Origin: Tubiluchus corallicola
Lineage: Eukaryota; Animalia; Priapulida
DNA length: 64,000 nucleotides
NCBI GenBank assembly: GCA_030141605.1
Contig: JAQGDQ010000745.1
Location: 38,878 to 102,877 of the forward strand
Direction of reading: 5' to 3'
The notes beneath the pieces were generated by a model. The model did no database searches, had not been told where the DNA came from, and worked only from the letters and a program-made list of their open reading frames with translations. Position 1 is the first letter of the stretch, and each line of letters begins with the position of its first letter. The position numbers and the translations under genes were made by a program. This document shows positions 36,051 through 53,325 of the stretch, in pieces.

Positions 36051-37730
36051 TTTCGTACTAGTTTATGCATTATCAGGACACACTTTTTATCTTAACCGCA
36101 TTTACGAAATAAAGAAAAAACCTTTATTTTTATAATCTAATAGTACTACAGTAAAAAATAAAATTAATGATAAATAACTGTAAAATCTAAATAGTGGTCC
36201 AAAATAATTTCCTCGTATATGCCAGCTTGGGTCTGACTATACAGTGAAGACGAAACAAAAAATTCGGGAAGTCTTTTGAAGAAATGATAATGACTGACAC
36301 AGGACTATAATGGCATTTTAGGTTTATAAACTCATTATCACCACCATTATTGCAATGTTATTTTTATCGTTATCGTCATCACTACCACTATTCTGATGTC
36401 ATCGAAACAGCGAAGATACCGCGAAAAATATATTACATTCATATTTTTGAAGTAGCGAGGGAACACTGTAATACGATACAAACTCCCATTGCTGCAACCA
36501 TAATAATCATAAATTATGCAAAGAAACTAAAAATACAGGTTAAGGGCCACATACGTCATTGCGCGAGAGCGATTGCGCATGAGTGGGGTAAACGCAGTTA
36601 TTCACGTGGAGCTTCTTGCGTGTTGATGACGGTAAGTAATATATGACTTTAATCTGGAATTGAGAGGCCTATAAACTAATAATATTATGGGAATATGGTG
36701 TATATTACACCTGTTGGTCTGCTTTCTGGCCTGCCGGTGTGAAAACAAACAATAGGCCAGAAAAAACTAGGCGGTGCGAAAGTGTAATAGCGCGCACATT
36801 TTTGATGAATGGCACTTTTTCAACAATTGCAGTTCCTGCATAAAACACAGACATGCAGGCTTTATGTACTTGCTTCTCCTAACTTTTGAATATTGCTCCT
36901 GCAACGTTACCCAAAAAAACTGTCTCCTGAAAAAAAGAGGCAATGCAAACCAGAAAAAAATCAGCTTTCTGATTTCCACGTCCGTAACGTAAACCAACCA
37001 GCATGAATCAGCACTGGATTGGATTAGACACTGACAACAAGGGCTGATCTTACAAGCTTTCGTTATATTCGCACACTTAGTGTATAATCAGTGACGTGAC
37101 GTCTAAAGTGACCATGACTGTGCCATGGCCTTGGTCCAACCAGTCATACGAAATCTGACTGGCTGTATATTAACTATTCAAATCACAAAAAATCGTAAAA
37201 TTACATTAATCTCTAATGACGTCAACAAAATCACAGTTAAATCATTCACTTTAACATTCAACTTGAATCAATAAAGAATAAAACCTGTACATGTAGCATA
37301 AAATTTATACAAGATATGAGAATTTTCGTCTTTTTGGTTAGTTTTTTCACATTTTCAGATCACGCCTGTCGCAGCAGTACAAGAAATCTTTTACTGACGC
37401 TGTCAACAGGCGGAGCACAGCAGTCTCTTCTCTGCGCGTCCTCAGTTAAGACCAAAAGACCTGAATTTTATTACCTATTGCGATTACTTTGTTACGGATA
37501 CAGATTAGATTAGATTACATTAATTTATTTTTCACTGCGCAACAATAAATAAAGAAAAAATACAAATGCACGATAAAGAAAGGGATCTTTATCTCGAAAA
37601 TGTCTATCTTAATGTCGAAAAAGGAAAGTTGGACCCAGGGAAGCAAAAAAAAACAATTTATGGCTTAAGCCACGAAACAAATGATCAAAACATTAATAGG
37701 GCAGGGCATCAAGTTTTTTGCCTCCGTGTG

Positions 37731-38000
37731 CTACAAGTACTTGCTCAGTCACTGAACTTAGAACAAGTACAATAAACACAGATGGAGAGCAAAATTAACC
37801 CACACTGTAGCAGAATATTGTGCTAGTGGCTTCACACGTTTATTAAGATTCAAATTAGGTCAAAATCTCTATTCATTTTTGCTTTAAGAATCACAAAGCC
37901 TGTAACAGGTCTGTGACATATTAACAAGTAAATGTCAACAAAAACTCGAATTACAACAAACATAAATTAAAATTAAATTACAGGTGGATCACGTTCCATT
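37731..38000. repeat. Left arm of an inverted repeat pair (right arm ~40937-41213)
   Basis: About 210 bp closely matching reverse complement (e.g. ttcaaattaggtcaaaatctctattcatttttgctttaagaatcacaaagcctgtaacaggtctg) plus a looser extension. Confidence 0.85.
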
Positions 38001-39275
38001 CTTTAGAATTAACCATTTAGTCGTAAGCGCCTACAAGCGCATAAGCTAAAGCTTTGTTAAAGTGTCGTTTAACTCTGGACTAAATTGTGAACTTTGTTAC
38101 AATAAAACTTTCATCACTTTAACTTAATATCGAGTTGCTTTAATATTCAAAGAGTCACAAAAAGAACATATTCGTTAAAGACACTATTTGCTTAAAAGAA
38201 CCTGGTATGCTCACACTGAAAGGCTTATTGCGGAAGCCAGCTTGATAACTCCAGAGATAAAGACACATACTCACAAGGTAATATCTCGTGGTTTCAGTTG
38301 TGTGGGACATTATCATAGCCCTATCAACTTGCCTTAAGGCAAATAATCTGGTGCAAAATTAATTTTCTTTAAGCATTCAGGAGTGTGAATGAGTCATTCG
38401 ATTAATCATTAAGTTGTTTGTGATAAAGACAAGCGACACAATATTTGTTCAAACATATATAAAAATACTCGTTGATTCGCCCATTAGTGTGGATCATTTT
38501 ATGCCTTTTGTTTTGTTTAGTACACAGCATTGTACTTACGAATGTATTTTATTATATATTAATCTATTTCTGTCATTTTATCTGTTGCGCCACCTGTGTA
38601 CCATTTCGTCTTCCTGAGGCTTTTTTATCGGTGGTAACTGTGGCCAAAAGTTTGTTTTTGTTCTATAATTTTACTTAGTTAGTAACATGTTTGGTACGAG
38701 TACTTTGATTATTTTTGGAAACTTTGCTCAGTATTATCTAAACATGTTTCAAATGACTCATCGTCAAAATGGCTGCGTTTAACAGCTATCGCGGGAGTTT
38801 AAATTTCCAAGTTTTCTTCAGCGTTACTGCCAACGCAAGTCCTGTATTACTAAAAAGTAGTACCTAAATGGTATAAAAATTCAAGGCGAATTTTTAAGCT
38901 TTACGTAAGTGGAGGGTTTTTTCTTACGCTTTAAAGAGTTAAACGATCAACAATGAATGTTTATTCTCTAGAACAATAGCAGAAATTAACGTTTAACTCT
39001 CTGTGATTATTAAAACCTGGAAAGTTCTTGAAAACAATGAAACGGGTACTACATTAGCATTGTGAAAGTTCTTGAAAGCAATGAAACGGGTACTACATTA
39101 GCATTGTTTTAAAAATCGTTCCATTATTAAGAGAACGATTTCACTGATGCAGCCCTAATGCTTAATGAGGCAACTTAATGAAGTGCATACACTTGACAGG
39201 CTAAATCAAGGCGTAAAATAGTAAGATAGAAAATCAAATACAGTTAATCGCTGCCGTCAAATATCTATTAAAGCA

Positions 39276-40889
39276 ATGCGGGTTTTAATAACTTATACCA
39301 ACCGTAGTTGTGCTTCGAAATTCTGGACATTAATGTGGTTGAACGTTCTTTTGTTTAACGTCGAAACATATGGACTTGGTGCATCCTATGCAGACGATTC
39401 TGTTGAAATTTCTCCAAGTGCTTCTTGTGATTTTGCCCACCCAACTGACAAAATTCAGGTGAAATTTGAAATTGACGGAGAAACACTCTCTGATCGTGGT
39501 TCACACGACTCCTGTTCCGCAACAATCTGCGAGGACGACTGTGGTAAGTTCTACTTTGTGGAAGAACAGTCTGATCTTAATCTGGAAACTTCCCAATATG
39601 TAGGATGGAACGAGTTGAAAGACTGTGGCATCGAATTAAAGAAGCCATTTTGTCTTCTGGAGGTTTTCAATGACGATGAGAAGCCAACACGATGTCGAGT
39701 TGCCTCAGTCTACCTGAAAGTATTGGAAGTTACTCGTCCTGTTCAGCAAAGAAGTTCAGCGTCTGAATGGCAAAACATCAATTCATTTAGAAGAGCAAAG
39801 AGAGTAAAACGACGAGATGGACAGACTAGTAGAGAGAGACATAAACGTGAAAACAATTGTAATCATTTTATTAATTGTCAAACTCCCTGTAAGGGAAGAT
39901 GCCATGGGAAACACAGGAAAAAGGTGAAATGTTGGAGATATTGTGATCAATCCTGTTCACGTTCAACAAGGTGTCGCTGCGGGTGTGATAACAGATGTAA
40001 ACATGTTCCCTCGTGCACCCAAGGCTGTCCATCTGTCTGTGATTGCGTAAAGAACCGCATGACGAAATGTCCCGATTGTAAGCATCAATGTAGGAGGTAC
40101 AAGGGAGTTGCGCAACGGGGACCAAGGAGGAGGTGCAGGTCAAAATGTGCCGAGGATTGCTATCAGGATAGTGTAAAATTCTGCCACCAGAGAACAACAT
40201 CATCAACAACAACAACAACGACTACGACTACGACGACAACAACAACAACTACTACTACTACAACAACAACAACAACGACGACGACGACGACACCAACAAC
40301 AACAACAGCAACAACGACAACAACACGAACAACAACAACAACAATGCCTATAGTAGTCTTTCAATGCCAGAGTGAATGCGAAGCTTTATGTTTTGCTGTT
40401 AAGCATCTACAAACGTGCAAGAGCATCTGTCAAAAAAATTGTATAGAAAGCCGTACAATGACGGCAACACCTGCCAGACGACGACGGCAAGTGCCAGCCG
40501 GAGACTGCAACAACTGTGAACCAACGTGTGAAAACTGTGATGTGAAACGTGCAAATGATGCAAAGAACACTAATAAACGCAAGATGAAATACACACGCTG
40601 GCATCAAACTCTACCGGACATAATGAAGTTCTCATTTGTTGATTTGAGTTACAGTGAAGCAGAAAAGGAAGTACTCAGTTCACTAACTGAGTCGTACACA
40701 GTGTTCCACTACAATGCGAATTTCACGTTTCATTCAGCAGTCCCTGCAGGAGGGGTACTCGTGTGCCCTTTAAAAGACTGGCAGAACAATTATCGTCTCT
40801 TCATGCAAGTTAAGAAATGCAACTGCCAAGCTGCAGGTCCCAAAACGAATGGAGGACAGCAAGTAAAATACGAAAAAGAACTAAAGTAG
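39276..40889 (+). CDS. Uncharacterised secreted Cys-rich (CX3CX3C) precursor with poly-Thr tract, 537 aa, single exon
   Basis: Long open frame with a hydrophobic N-terminus, multibasic sites (RRAKR, VKRR, RHKR, RRRR), about nine CX3CX3C-like motifs, a ~50-aa Thr run and a terminal MQVKKCNC motif. Confidence 0.8.
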   Translation: MRVLITYTNRSCASKFWTLMWLNVLLFNVETYGLGASYADDSVEISPSASCDFAHPTDKIQVKFEIDGETLSDRGSHDSCSATICEDDCGKFYFVEEQSDLNLETSQYVGWNELKDCGIELKKPFCLLEVFNDDEKPTRCRVASVYLKVLEVTRPVQQRSSASEWQNINSFRRAKRVKRRDGQTSRERHKRENNCNHFINCQTPCKGRCHGKHRKKVKCWRYCDQSCSRSTRCRCGCDNRCKHVPSCTQGCPSVCDCVKNRMTKCPDCKHQCRRYKGVAQRGPRRRCRSKCAEDCYQDSVKFCHQRTTSSTTTTTTTTTTTTTTTTTTTTTTTTTTTTTPTTTTATTTTTRTTTTTMPIVVFQCQSECEALCFAVKHLQTCKSICQKNCIESRTMTATPARRRRQVPAGDCNNCEPTCENCDVKRANDAKNTNKRKMKYTRWHQTLPDIMKFSFVDLSYSEAEKEVLSSLTESYTVFHYNANFTFHSAVPAGGVLVCPLKDWQNNYRLFMQVKKCNCQAAGPKTNGGQQVKYEKELK

Positions 40890-40936
40890 AAAAAGTAGGG
40901 GTGCATTCTGAAGCTCTTCCCATGGGAGCATTTACA

Positions 40937-41213
40937 ATGGAACGTAATCCACCTGTAAATTAATTTTAGTTTATGTTCCTTGTAATTCGAGTTTTTGTTG
41001 GCATTTACTTGTTAATGTGTCGCAGACCTGTTACAGGCTTTGTGATTCTTAAAGCAAAAATGAATAGAGATTTTGACCTAATTTGAATCATAATAAACGT
41101 ATGAAGTCACTAGCGCAATATCCTGCTACAGTGAGGGTCAAGTTTAGTTTATTGTACTTGTTCTGGACTGTATTGTTGGACTTGTTCTGCATTGGACTGA
41201 GTTAGTACTTGCA
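40937..41213. repeat. Right arm of the inverted repeat pair flanking the Cys-rich gene
   Basis: Reverse complement of 37731-38000; contains AATAAA at ~41092. Confidence 0.85.
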
Positions 41214-42227
41214 GCGTTTTATTCAGCAGTACCACCATGAGGGTGCACAAATACCAAAGACATGGTGAAGGAGCGAAGAAAGTAAACTAAAAAAGAACTA
41301 AATAAGGAAAAATGTGCTAGTAGTTTAGAAGTTGCTTGTATGGAACGCAAGTCTCGTATGTGCTTTGTGTAGTTGTTTTTTGTATACATGTTTTCTCTTG
41401 CAGCTTGTATTTACTGTGGTACGTGGTCCTTCTTTTTGTGGTATGATATTTGTATTTTCTGTGGTTTTTTAATGAAAAAATTAGTTTATATTAAAAACTG
41501 GAACAGAATTTGAAAAGTCAAGCTGTGTGTATTGAAGCAAAACTGGACTCAATCTTAAACTGTAGGCCAAAGCAATCTACTCATTAAACTATTGAAAGGA
41601 AACTTACTATTTTTTTAAAAATGACTTACGTAAAAGAATTATTACCACACAAACACAATTTCACGTTCGCCTCACTAGTTCTTCGCTGTTACATGCATTT
41701 CGCCGTTCGCTAGTTAGACGGGCACTAGCGCCTGCATTTCGGAAACTCATTGCACAAAAACAGGTGCTGTACATCTCCATTGGAACGCAAGCCTCGTATA
41801 AATTCATTTTGTTTCTTTCCTGTTGTATGGTTCCGCAACTCTTACCCATTCAGCTTAATGTGTTGCAGACCTGTTACAGACTTTGCAAAAACACAACAAT
41901 GTTAAATTAAGTCTGATCCACTGCTGCTGATATCAGTCCTTAAAGGACAAGAAAAGGACAAGTATTTGCATAGCGCTTATATTCAAACAGGCTAGACAAC
42001 TGCTTGTTGTGTAATACCTTGCACTTGTTCGTTATGTAGCGCTTATATAATGCTGTTCTCAGTAACTGCCTGTGGTGTGTTGTAAAATGCGTTATTTACA
42101 TGAATATGAAAGTATACACACTTTCCGAAGAGAATAAGAATTAATTCTAAATTGTGGCGTCCCACAAACTTGGCGTACTAAGCTATAGCCTAGTTAACTT
42201 ATTGGGTAATACGCCCTTGAGTACTGT

Positions 42228-42480
42228 ATACAGTATAAAGCGGTTCTACTATACACTCTGGCTGCATTAGTGCCGCCATCTATGAACCTAATATATACAG
42301 TTTCTTTCAGTGTGGTGTACAGTATAAAGCAGTTCTAATGCACACAACTCTGGTTGCATTAGTGCCGCCATCTATGAACCTAATATACACAGTTTCTTTC
42401 AGTGTGGTGTACAATATAAAGCAGTTGTAATGCACACAACTCTGGTTGCTTTATACTAGTGCTGCCATCTATGAACCATA
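42228..42480. repeat. About 3 copies of a ~93-bp tandem repeat upstream of the Ig-EGF gene
   Basis: Recurrent ctctggttgcattagtgccgccatctatgaacctaatata..cagtttctttcagtgtggtgtacagtataaagc. Confidence 0.85.
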
Positions 42481-42669
42481 AATATTCATACAATGAAAGA
42501 TGAAAGGCCATATGTGGTAATGACTCATGCACACAAACATTTGGACTTTATACAATCCTCTGGACTTTATACTTTGGTAAGTTTCATACAAAGTTAAATT
42601 ATCAAGTGCCATATTATTTTTTAAAATCTAATAATTCGCAGACGTACAGCAGACATTTCCAAACCAAGG

Positions 42670-47551
<4,882 letters not shown>

Positions 47552-47612
47552 AAATGAAAACGAAATTTAATTTAAAATTCGAAACCCTTTTAGAAATTAG
47601 AATGTCAACTGC

Positions 47613-47948
47613 GCATTCAGACTAGCAAGTTTTATGGTTGTTTCTTTCTAACAGCAAACTCACAAGTGTGAACAGCTTTACGAGTTACTCTCAGTAAGAA
47701 ATTGCAAACTCTCTGACAGTTTCTGTGAGTCGATTTACTTTCTAGTGTGAGAGCCCCGGCAAGTTACTTTCTAGTGTGAACGCCCCAACAAGTTCCTTTC
47801 GACATTTTTCGTAGTGAAATGAGGAAGCAATACTAACTCTCACTTACAATCGGAGAGTAACTCGCTGCAAGTTTTGCTCTCTAGACTGGACACACTTGCC
47901 AGTTACTTGGCGAGTTAACCCGGAGAAAAGACTCGCTAGTCTGAATGC
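47613..47948. mobile_element. Small TIR element (MITE, possibly PIF/Harbinger-like)
   Basis: TIR GCATTCAGACTAGC(A/G)AGT / ACTCGCTAGTCTGAATGC; its right part plus flank is duplicated at ~49351-49515. Confidence 0.65.
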
Positions 47949-48108
47949 ATCGTAAAAGCGAGGGAAATTTAATACAATTTTTTATTTCTTTGTCTCACAC
48001 AAAAACTTGTAACAATAGACATAGACATTTTTATTTATCTCCTCATTTACACCATTATACAAATCTATTCTCTTATATTAATATTCTTGGTATATATATA
48101 AGATTCGA

Positions 48109-48862
48109 TCTATATATCAAAAGAAAGGTCTCGATCTAGTGTCGTGCTATTGACGGTTTATTTTTTTAATCGGGTCCACCGGGAGGAGGGGGAGGCGAAA
48201 AAACCCCCTTTTTCGGCCGTTTTTTGCAAAAGTTATACGGCTGAGATGTAGAGAACGGGAACGGGCCGAGGGGGGTGCTGGGTATGGATAGATAGCCCGT
48301 TCAGCGGTGGGTGTAGTAGGCATATTTAGAATTCCCGAGAGGGCCAGGGCGCTCCGCAACGGGCGTTTTCCCGGACCCAACTCGCGATTTTTTCGAAATT
48401 TTGACCAAACGGCCTGCGGAAAAAACGTTCTAGCGGCGCTTGGTGGGACTCTCGGAAGGAGATATGGGGCTCTTTACAAAGAGGAAGAAGAGGGCTACAC
48501 GATGATGTGGGCTATATGTTAGAACAGGTCCACCGAGAGGAGTATCGACGAGTTAATTAGGTGTTCAAATTTCGATAATTTTCGCTTAGAAAACAGTGGT
48601 GACCGCATTCCATTGTGCTGACGTCATCCATTGTACTCTGCTTCAGTAAAAGCTGCCTGCTGTACTCTGTCTATAACTTTAATTCAGCAAAAAGCTGCTC
48701 TGCAACATACAGTAGGCAGGAGTAAACGCTGCTGGCTTTGCGTTAGGTAAGTAGGCAGGATGTTACGGGCTTTGTGTTATAAATGAGGACTTGGTAGGAC
48801 GTTTGCGTATTATTGATTAAACGTGTATTTATACGCAAAATCTTTTGCGGGGCCTTTGCTAG
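48109..48862 (+). mobile_element. Non-autonomous Helitron
   Basis: Inserted between A and T, begins TC(tatatatc), ends CTAG; perfect hairpin CGCAAAA-TC-TTTTGCG about 10 nt before the CTAG; no TSD. Confidence 0.85.
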
Positions 48863-50784
48863 TTGACTATTATTTTTATAGTTATTGATTAAAAAGGATA
48901 AATTAAGCATAAAGAAAAGAGTTTGGGGGTGCAGGAGAAATGGTAGCAAAAGACCAATTGGTCATCGAGTCAGCTACCCTTCTCAGGTTAGTGAAAATTG
49001 TAAAAAAATTGTAGTGCTGCTGTTAACATGAATTTATGAGGGAATGAATTAAACATGAAAGCGAAATAACAAAATAAGCTATGCAACAAAGAAATAAAAA
49101 AATGAAATGATGATTAACAGAATATGTAAAGCATTTAACTAACCGATTAAAACATAAAACAAACTAGAGAAAAGTCAAACCAATAAAAATAAAATAAACA
49201 CAAATAATAAACCAGTGAATGAAACAAAATATGCATGATAAACTCAAATAAAATATAATGAAACAAAGTGTTAGTTAAAAAGAGAGATAGAGTGGAGAAA
49301 GATCGTATGGTTAACGAGTATCAATGGATCAATGAAGGAATACTAGTTCGCACTTATAATCGGAGAGTAACTCGCTGCAAGTTTTGCCCTCTAGACTCAA
49401 CACACTTGCCAGTTACTTCACAAGTTAACCTGGAGAAAAGACTCGCTAGTCTGAATGCATCGTAAAAGCGAGGGAAATTTAATACAATTTTTATTTCTTT
49501 GTCTCACACAAAAAACATTCAACAAAGTGTTAGTTAAAAAGAGAGGAGAAGGACAGCATGGTTACGAACGAGTGTCCACCCCTCAATCAAAATACCAGTT
49601 TTATTTAGTGGTTTTAGATAGATAGATAGATAGACATATAGATATTTTGTTTCTGAAAATCAAATTTCCAACACGAAAATTACAAACTCGACGCATACCC
49701 GATGGTTTCATCAGCAGGCAGAACTCGGGTAATGATTTCCAGATCATACTAACAATCTGACTCAACATAGCTGCACAAGGTATATACACAGATATACAAA
49801 TTTAGTTGTAAACTCTATGAAGCGAAAAAACTATTTACTAAGCCTTTGTACAGATGTGATCAACAAATATTTTACCTATATGATAATCACAGTGATGCGG
49901 TTATATGTCCGCTAACAAAGGTATACAATTTAATTCAAAAATTTATGCATACAGTTGTAAATGAAATTGCTAATTGACATTAATTCTCCATCAAATAAAT
50001 TTGTGATCTATAAAGTGCATTTTCATGGATCTAATATAATTATATAATTTATGTACAACAAATAAGAAAAACCAATTATATAAGATACAAATGGTAGATA
50101 AAAGCAGCAATAATAACTGCATTGATAAAATTATTGTAATGGTAACTATTGATTATTTAAAAATTAAAATATTCTTATGTAAGACAAGCTAGAGCAGTAA
50201 CGTGGGCTCAAAGTCTCACTCTCTCATTTGTTAAAGATGATTTAAATGACTTAACCAAAAGCGACTGTTCCTTTTTTAGACAATCAGCAAATTCATGACG
50301 TTCTACAATATTCATGTCGTGAATAATTTGTGATTCTGTGATGTAAAATCAAACTCAATATCGTACATACATGTTAGTTAATGACAAATTTTATATGGGC
50401 AAAGGTATGAGTTTTATGAGCAAAGGTATTTAAGTACTAACCGGCATTGTTTATTTATTTAATTATTTATTTACACAGCTAACCGAATGAACATATTGTA
50501 TTTGCAAAAGTTTGAAATAAACTCAATGAATACATGCAAATTGCAGAAAGTTTTAGCTTTTCAACTGATAAAAATGGATGAAAATTGGCAAAATAAACAA
50601 ATTATGAAAAAATCAATAGCTTTATTACAGCAAAAGTAGAATTTGCAAAAAATAATAATAGCAACAAAATGTTTTGTATATGTATATGTATATACAGCTG
50701 GTTCTGTGTATATAAACCCCATACAGCTGAAATACAATTAAGTAGATGTGCAATTTTCATATAAGCCAGAAAGGAAAACTGCAC

Positions 50785-53325
50785 ACCAAATGCTGCTTTC
50801 CATGTACATTAGTAAGGGAAACTACATACCAAACGCTGCTTTCCATGTACATTAGTAAGGGAAACTACATACCAAACCCTGCTTTCCAGGTACATCAGTG
50901 AGGGAAACTACAAACCAAACCCTGCTTTCCGTGTACATTAGTAAGGGAACTTACATACCAAACCCTGCTTTCCGTGTACATTAGTGAGGGAACTTACATA
51001 CCAAACCTTGCTTTCCATGTACACCGATAAGGGAAACTACATACCAATCCTTGCTTTCCATGTACACCGATAAGGGAAACTACATATCAATCCTTGCTTT
51101 CCATGTATACCGATAAGGGAAACTACATACCAAACCTTGCTTTCCACTTACAACAAATAAGGGAAACTACATACCAATCCTTGCTTTCCATGTACACTGA
51201 TAAGGGAAACTACATATCAATCCTTGCTTTCCATGTACACCGATAAGGGAAACTACATACCAATCCTTGCTTTCCATGTACACCGATAAGGGAAACTACG
51301 TACCAAACCTTGCTTTCCATGTACAACAAATAAGGGAAACTACATATCAATCCTTGCTTTCCATGTACACCGATAAGGGAAACTACATACCAAACCTTGC
51401 TTTCCATGTACAACAAATAAGGGAAACTACATATCAATCCTTGCTTTCCATGTACACCGATAAGGGAAACTACATATCAATCCTTGCTTTCCATGTATAC
51501 CGATAAGGGAAACTACATATCAATCCTTGCTTTCCATGTACACTGATAAGGGAAACTACATATCAATCCCTGCTTTCCATGTACACTGATAAGGGAAACT
51601 ACATATCAATCCCTGCTTTCCATGTACACCGATAAGGGAAACTACATATCAATCCTTGCTTTCCATGTATACCGATAAGGGAAACTACATACCAAACCTT
51701 GCTTTCCATGTACAACAAATAAGGGAAACTACATACCAATCCTTGCTTTCCATGTACACCGATAAGGGAAACTACATACCAAACCTTGCTTTCCATGTAC
51801 AACAAATAAGGGAAACTACATATCAATCCTTGCTTTCCATGTACACCGATAAGGGAAACTACGTATCAATCCTTGCTTTCCATGTACACTGATAAGGGAA
51901 ACTACGTATCAATCCTTGCTTTCCATGTACAACAAATAAGGGAAACTACATACCAAACCTTGCTTTCCATGTACACTGATAAGGGAAACTACGTATCAAT
52001 CCTTGCTTTCCATGTACACTGATAAGGGAAACTACGTATCAATCCTTGCTTTCCATGTACACTGATAAGGGAAACTACATACCAAACCTTGCTTTCCATG
52101 TACAACAAATAAGGGAAACTACATATCAATCCTTGCTTTCCATGTACACCGATAAGGGAAACTACATATCAATCCTTGCTTTCCATGTACACCGATAAGG
52201 GAAACTACATATCAATCCTTGCTTTCCATGTACACCGATAAGGGAAACTACATATCAATCCTTGCTTTCCATGTACACCGATAAGGGAAACTACATACCA
52301 ATCCTTGCTTTCCATGTACACCGATAAGGGAAACTACATATCAATCCTTGCTTTCCATGTATACCGATAAGGGAAACTACATACCAAACCTTGCTTTCCA
52401 TGTACAACAAATAAGGGAAACTACATACCAATCCTTGCTTTCCATGTACACTGATAAGGGAAACTACATATCAATCCTTGCTTTCCATGTACACCGATAA
52501 GGGAAACTACATATCAATCCTTGCTTTCCATGTATATCGATAAGGGAAACTACATATCAACAAATAAGGGAAACTACATACCAATCCTTGCTTTCCATGT
52601 ACACCGATAAGGGAAACTACATACCAATCCTTGCTTTCCATGTACACCGATAAGGGAAACTACATACCAAACCTTGCTTTCCATGTACAACAAATAAGGG
52701 AAACTACATATCAATCCTTGCTTTCCATGTACACCGATAAGGGAAACTACATACCAAACCTTGCTTTCCATGTACAACAAATAAGGGAAACTACATATCA
52801 ATCCTTGCTTTCCATGTACACCGATAAGGGAAACTACATATCAATCCTTGCTTTCCATGTATACCGATAAGGGATACTACATATCAATCCTTGCTTTCCA
52901 TGTACACCGATAAGGGAAACTACATATCAATCCTTGCTTTCCATGTACACCGATAAGGGAAACTACATATCAATCCTTGCTTTCCATGTATACCGATAAG
53001 GGAAACTACATATCAATCCTTGCTTTCCATGTACACCGATAAGGGAAACTACATATCAATCCTTGCTTTCCATGTACACCGATAAGGGAAACTACATATC
53101 AATCCTTGCTTTCCATGTACACCGATAAGGGAAACTACGTATCAATCCTTGCTTTCCATGTACACTGATAAGGGAAACTACATATCAATCCCTGCTTTCC
53201 ATGTATACCGATAAGGGAAACTTACATATCAATCCTTGCTTTCCATGTACACTAGTGTGGGAAACTACATACCAAACCTTGCCTTCCATGTACATTAGTG
53301 TGGGAAACTACATACCAAACCTGCT
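50785..53325. repeat. 43/44-bp minisatellite, roughly 59 copies
   Basis: Unit ccttgctttccatgtacaccgataagggaaactacatatcaat with a 44-bp caacaaataag variant; more diverged copies at both edges. Confidence 0.97.

Noticed and set aside
50785-53325. CRISPR-like array (also considered for 10511-10858, 61660-62910 and 62911-64000)
   Set aside because: Units are contiguous with no unique spacers, there are no cas genes, and the context is eukaryotic.
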